NCBI GenBank assembly: GCA_025839675.1 | Contig: CP104013.1 | Coordinates: 390,001-422,000 of the forward strand | Origin: Candidatus Lokiarchaeum ossiferum | GTDB lineage: Archaea; Asgardarchaeota; Lokiarchaeia; Sigyniarchaeales; Promethearchaeaceae | Direction: 5' to 3' | DNA length: 32,000 bases | Shown: one piece after another, positions 29,390 to 32,000 of the stretch | How the letters are laid out: the number at the start of each line of letters is the position of its first letter | How positions within the stretch are numbered: position 1 is the stretch's first letter | Position numbers and translations under genes: made by a program | The notes under the pieces: generated by a model | Databases searched by the model: none | Seen by the model: only the letters and a program-made list of their open reading frames with translations | What the model was told of the DNA's origin: nothing

Positions 29390-29855
29390 GTAACACATGA
29401 AATTTTCCCTTGATGTTAAAATAAGAACTTCAAATACTTGAAAATTCATAATTTATTGATTTTTAGAAAGGAAATGTACTTCCTTCGGTATATTGTTAAA
29501 GAAAAAATTGTGTAATCGTCCAGAATTATAAAATTACTCAATAAAATCCAACTTTTCTCCTGTTTTTTTCCAAAAACATATATTTCCCCTTAAGATATTT
29601 TTTCAGATGAATATAATAGTAAAAGTCTCTTTTCGTATGTCCTATCAAGATTAACAGCAACGGAGATATATTCGATCGTTAAATGAAAAATTTACTTCTA
29701 AAAAAGACATAATCTATTCATTAGAAATATTATAGTCGACCTTCTGGAGTTAAAATTCAAAATATAATATAAGAATAAAATAGAATCAACACTTTTGAAT
29801 ATATCATGACGGAAAAAGGAGGTATAATTAAATATTTTAACAAGTAATTAGTATT

Positions 29856-30620
29856 ATGTTAGATCTCAGCACAAATCATATAATATCAATTGTAATTTCC
29901 TTTTTAGTAGTTGGAATTGGATATGTTATATCACTTTTCATTTTTATGAAGTACGTGAATAAAAGAAAGAATATTGTCTTATACTTATTTATGACAGCAT
30001 TCTTTTTAATAACTGCAGCGTTAATCGATCCAATTGTATTGTTGGTATCCAGAAATCAGTTAACATTAGAATTGGCAGATATTATGATTAATAAAGGTGC
30101 ATCTATTTCATTTTCGTTGACAGCAGTAGCGAACATATTTTTGTTATTATTTCAAAAGGATGTTTTTTATCTTAATAGAAAATCAACTTTAATAGGGGTT
30201 TTAATTGTAATTGAAATTTTTATTGCAATAATAACTCCAATCTTAGGACTCATGAGTATAGATATCTTTATTTTGCTTGTTATTCATTTGCTTACAAGTT
30301 TCATAATTTATGGTAATCAAGCACAAAAGGCAAATCAAGTAAGCAAAAAAAGTGTTAGTAGAGAGGATGTAGTTGGAAAAAAAGGATTAAGTTATTTAAA
30401 ATTCTCTGGGATAGTTTTAAGCTTCGTTCTAGTTTCATTTATTTTCCAAGAAATAATTAGAATGTTCAAAGATTTCTTTATTCCAATTGGATTAATTGAT
30501 GAGTTAGGTTGTTCACTTTTTGTACCCCTTGCTTGGCTATTAAGTCTAATTGGGCTTTATTGCATGTATATTGGTTATTTAATGCCTGAATGGATTAAAA
30601 AACGATGGGAAAAAAAGTAA
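29856..30620 (+). CDS. Polytopic membrane protein, unknown function (254 aa)
   Basis: ATG ORF with about 7 hydrophobic segments. No motif recognised. Confidence 0.55.
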   Translation: MLDLSTNHIISIVISFLVVGIGYVISLFIFMKYVNKRKNIVLYLFMTAFFLITAALIDPIVLLVSRNQLTLELADIMINKGASISFSLTAVANIFLLLFQKDVFYLNRKSTLIGVLIVIEIFIAIITPILGLMSIDIFILLVIHLLTSFIIYGNQAQKANQVSKKSVSREDVVGKKGLSYLKFSGIVLSFVLVSFIFQEIIRMFKDFFIPIGLIDELGCSLFVPLAWLLSLIGLYCMYIGYLMPEWIKKRWEKK

Positions 30621-30728
30621 CTGCCTAATTAGCCTAATTTCATCTTCATAAAGAATAATGGCCTTTTTACTTAGATCAACTTAATTCAACCGATTTAAGT
30701 AATGATCTTTCAAATTCTCTAGGCATGA

Positions 30729-31268
30729 TTAGCCGAAAATATAATACATGGAAAATCCGATAGTTGAAACGAGCATTACTACAAGTAAATCTCGACCATT
30801 AGGCCAATTATACCGTTTTCGTAACCTTACATCCAATAAAAATGAACTACCGTATACAATCAATATTCCAATGAGAAAGGGTGTTACTTCTCCAGGAGGA
30901 ACAAAATTAGGGATACCAGCAATATACATATATAACCCAGAGATTAAAAGAGGAGGATGCATAGTGATTCTTTCCACAAAAAGCCATCTTCGGTTCTTCT
31001 TCCAATAAGTGCGTTTTTTAAATTTACTATAAAAATTATAATCCCATACCGATGTGAATATCATTGCAGGAAAACACACGGCAATGATGACATTAAATAT
31101 TGCAGATTGTAGATTGAATATAAGCATCATACAGAAGTAATAATTGACTAATCTACTTACATAAAACCGGCGAAATTGCAATTCTTCTCGTAATTTGTAT
31201 AAACTTAACCAAATTCGAAATAGAAGAAATAAGCCTCCAAAAATGGGGATCAGTACTTGTGTAGCCAT
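30729..31268 (-). CDS. Membrane protein, unknown function (179 aa)
   Basis: ATG ORF with about 5 hydrophobic segments. No motif recognised. Confidence 0.55.
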   Translation of the reverse strand: MATQVLIPIFGGLFLLFRIWLSLYKLREELQFRRFYVSRLVNYYFCMMLIFNLQSAIFNVIIAVCFPAMIFTSVWDYNFYSKFKKRTYWKKNRRWLFVERITMHPPLLISGLYMYIAGIPNFVPPGEVTPFLIGILIVYGSSFLLDVRLRKRYNWPNGRDLLVVMLVSTIGFSMYYIFG

Positions 31269-31425
31269 ATTTAGATTACCTGAAAGCCATATTCATAATA
31301 ATTTTAAAAAAACTTTTAAAATTAACTGCTGAATTCAATATTTAGCAGTTTAATTTTTCATATAGTCGGAATAATCTATGAAATAATTTATAATTTGAGT
31401 AATAAATCTTTACATGTAATAAAAA

Positions 31426-32000
31426 ATGATTGAAATAGAAACGATGAAAAAAAAGATTTCACCCAAAAAAAATCTCTTTTGGGAAGATATCAAAGGTGAG
31501 TTTAAGTTATTAAGGAAAAGCAATGTACTTTGCTTTGGAATTGTCTTAAATGCAATCTTTGTTGTACTTATAATCCTTTTATTCATCCTGTCAGAATATT
31601 CTGAAAAAGTAGATCTTGCATTCATGTCTTTCGATTTTCGGATTTTTTATACATCCTTTAGTTTAATTCGCTCAAATCCATCTGCATTATACACGTCTCA
31701 GCAGTATGAATTTCCTTTTCGCTATCTTCCAATCTTTTCTTACATGAACTCTTTTATTTCTTTAATTCCTTATCCGATAGCATTTATAATTCACACTTTG
31801 ATAATGGAAATACTGCATATATTTTCATTTGTTTTATTTCTTGTCTTATCTAAGCGATTTTATAATGTTGAATTTAATTCAAAACGAAGAAAAAGTTATT
31901 TACTAATTGGAATCGTTGCTCCGCTTCAAGTTCCGAATTTAGCATTCGGACAAATTTCTGAAATTTATATTTTACTAGTTCTTTGTAGCATTATTTTAAT
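31426..32000 (+). CDS. Polytopic membrane protein, 5' part only (runs off the window). Possibly a GT-C / DUF2029 (GT87)-like glycosyltransferase.
   Basis: My own translation from ATG 31426 (alternative ATG 31444) reads MIEIETMKKKISPKKNLFWEDIKGEFKLLRKSNVLCFGIVLNAIFVVLIILLFILSEYSEKVDLAFMSFDFRIFYTSFSLIRSNPSALYTSQQYEFPFRYLPIFSY... It has no stop up to 32000. The D-F-x-x-F-Y...lY....f.Y.P pattern resembles DUF2029. It is absent from the ORF track because it is truncated. Confidence 0.6.
   Translation, partial: MIEIETMKKKISPKKNLFWEDIKGEFKLLRKSNVLCFGIVLNAIFVVLIILLFILSEYSEKVDLAFMSFDFRIFYTSFSLIRSNPSALYTSQQYEFPFRYLPIFSYMNSFISLIPYPIAFIIHTLIMEILHIFSFVLFLVLSKRFYNVEFNSKRRKSYLLIGIVAPLQVPNLAFGQISEIYILLVLCSIIL

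Noticed and set aside
29390-29855. A 466-bp AT-rich non-coding gap, checked for small ORFs or an RNA gene.
   Set aside because: It contains only 12-15-codon ATG ORFs, no GC-rich structured segment and no repeats. It is most simply a long promoter or intergenic region.
31410-31625. 71-aa minus-strand ORF.
   Set aside because: It overlaps the plus-strand open frame 31426-32000, which has membrane-protein character and runs to the window edge.

Overview
This is an AT-rich archaeal chromosomal segment; the only GC-rich part is an rRNA locus. The rRNA signatures suggest an Asgard/Lokiarchaeia-like anaerobe, which is inference only: the 16S 5' end reads AACTCTGGTTGATCCTGCCAG, the 515 region reads GTGCCAGCCGCCGCGGTAAAACC, and the 23S is about 3.2 kb with enlarged variable segments. 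TPR proteins fused to roadblock-like domains and an LRR protein point the same way.

Contents from left to right:
- 1-841: a truncated hcp gene.
- 1109-3199: a 696-aa TPR protein.
- 3342-8459: a divergent sulfur-trafficking and Fe-S cluster. It holds a TusA-like gene, an E1-like MoeB/ThiF adenylyltransferase and a PP-loop thiolation ATPase. Facing these are tusA, a dsrE-like gene, an IscS/NifS-like gene lacking the PLP lysine, and IscU fused to a degenerate thioredoxin-reductase-like domain.
- 8668-13404: a 658-aa polytopic membrane protein, a SAM methyltransferase, two small membrane proteins of unknown function and a degenerate DUF59-like protein.
- 13541-18809: 16S and 23S rRNA genes, both on the minus strand, so the transcription order is 23S then 16S. 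I recognised no tRNA or 5S gene.
- 19637-21706: a second ~690-aa TPR protein with a roadblock/longin-like C-terminus.
- 21916-32000: a CoA-disulfide reductase/NADH oxidase, XerA-type recombinase, OGG glycosylase, a Lys-rich protein with a PIP-box-like motif and a zinc ribbon, YjbQ, an internally duplicated LRR protein whose 5' end looks frameshifted, a dGTPase-like HD hydrolase and three membrane proteins, the last truncated.

I saw no CRISPR array, transposase or tRNA. The main things worth a second look are the non-canonical rRNA layout and its processing helix, the sulfur-relay cluster built around a PLP-lysine-less desulfurase homologue, the IscU-TrxR-relic fusion, the two TPR/roadblock-like paralogues, the PIP-box protein and the LRR frameshift. 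Every functional call rests on motif recognition by eye; no database search was run.
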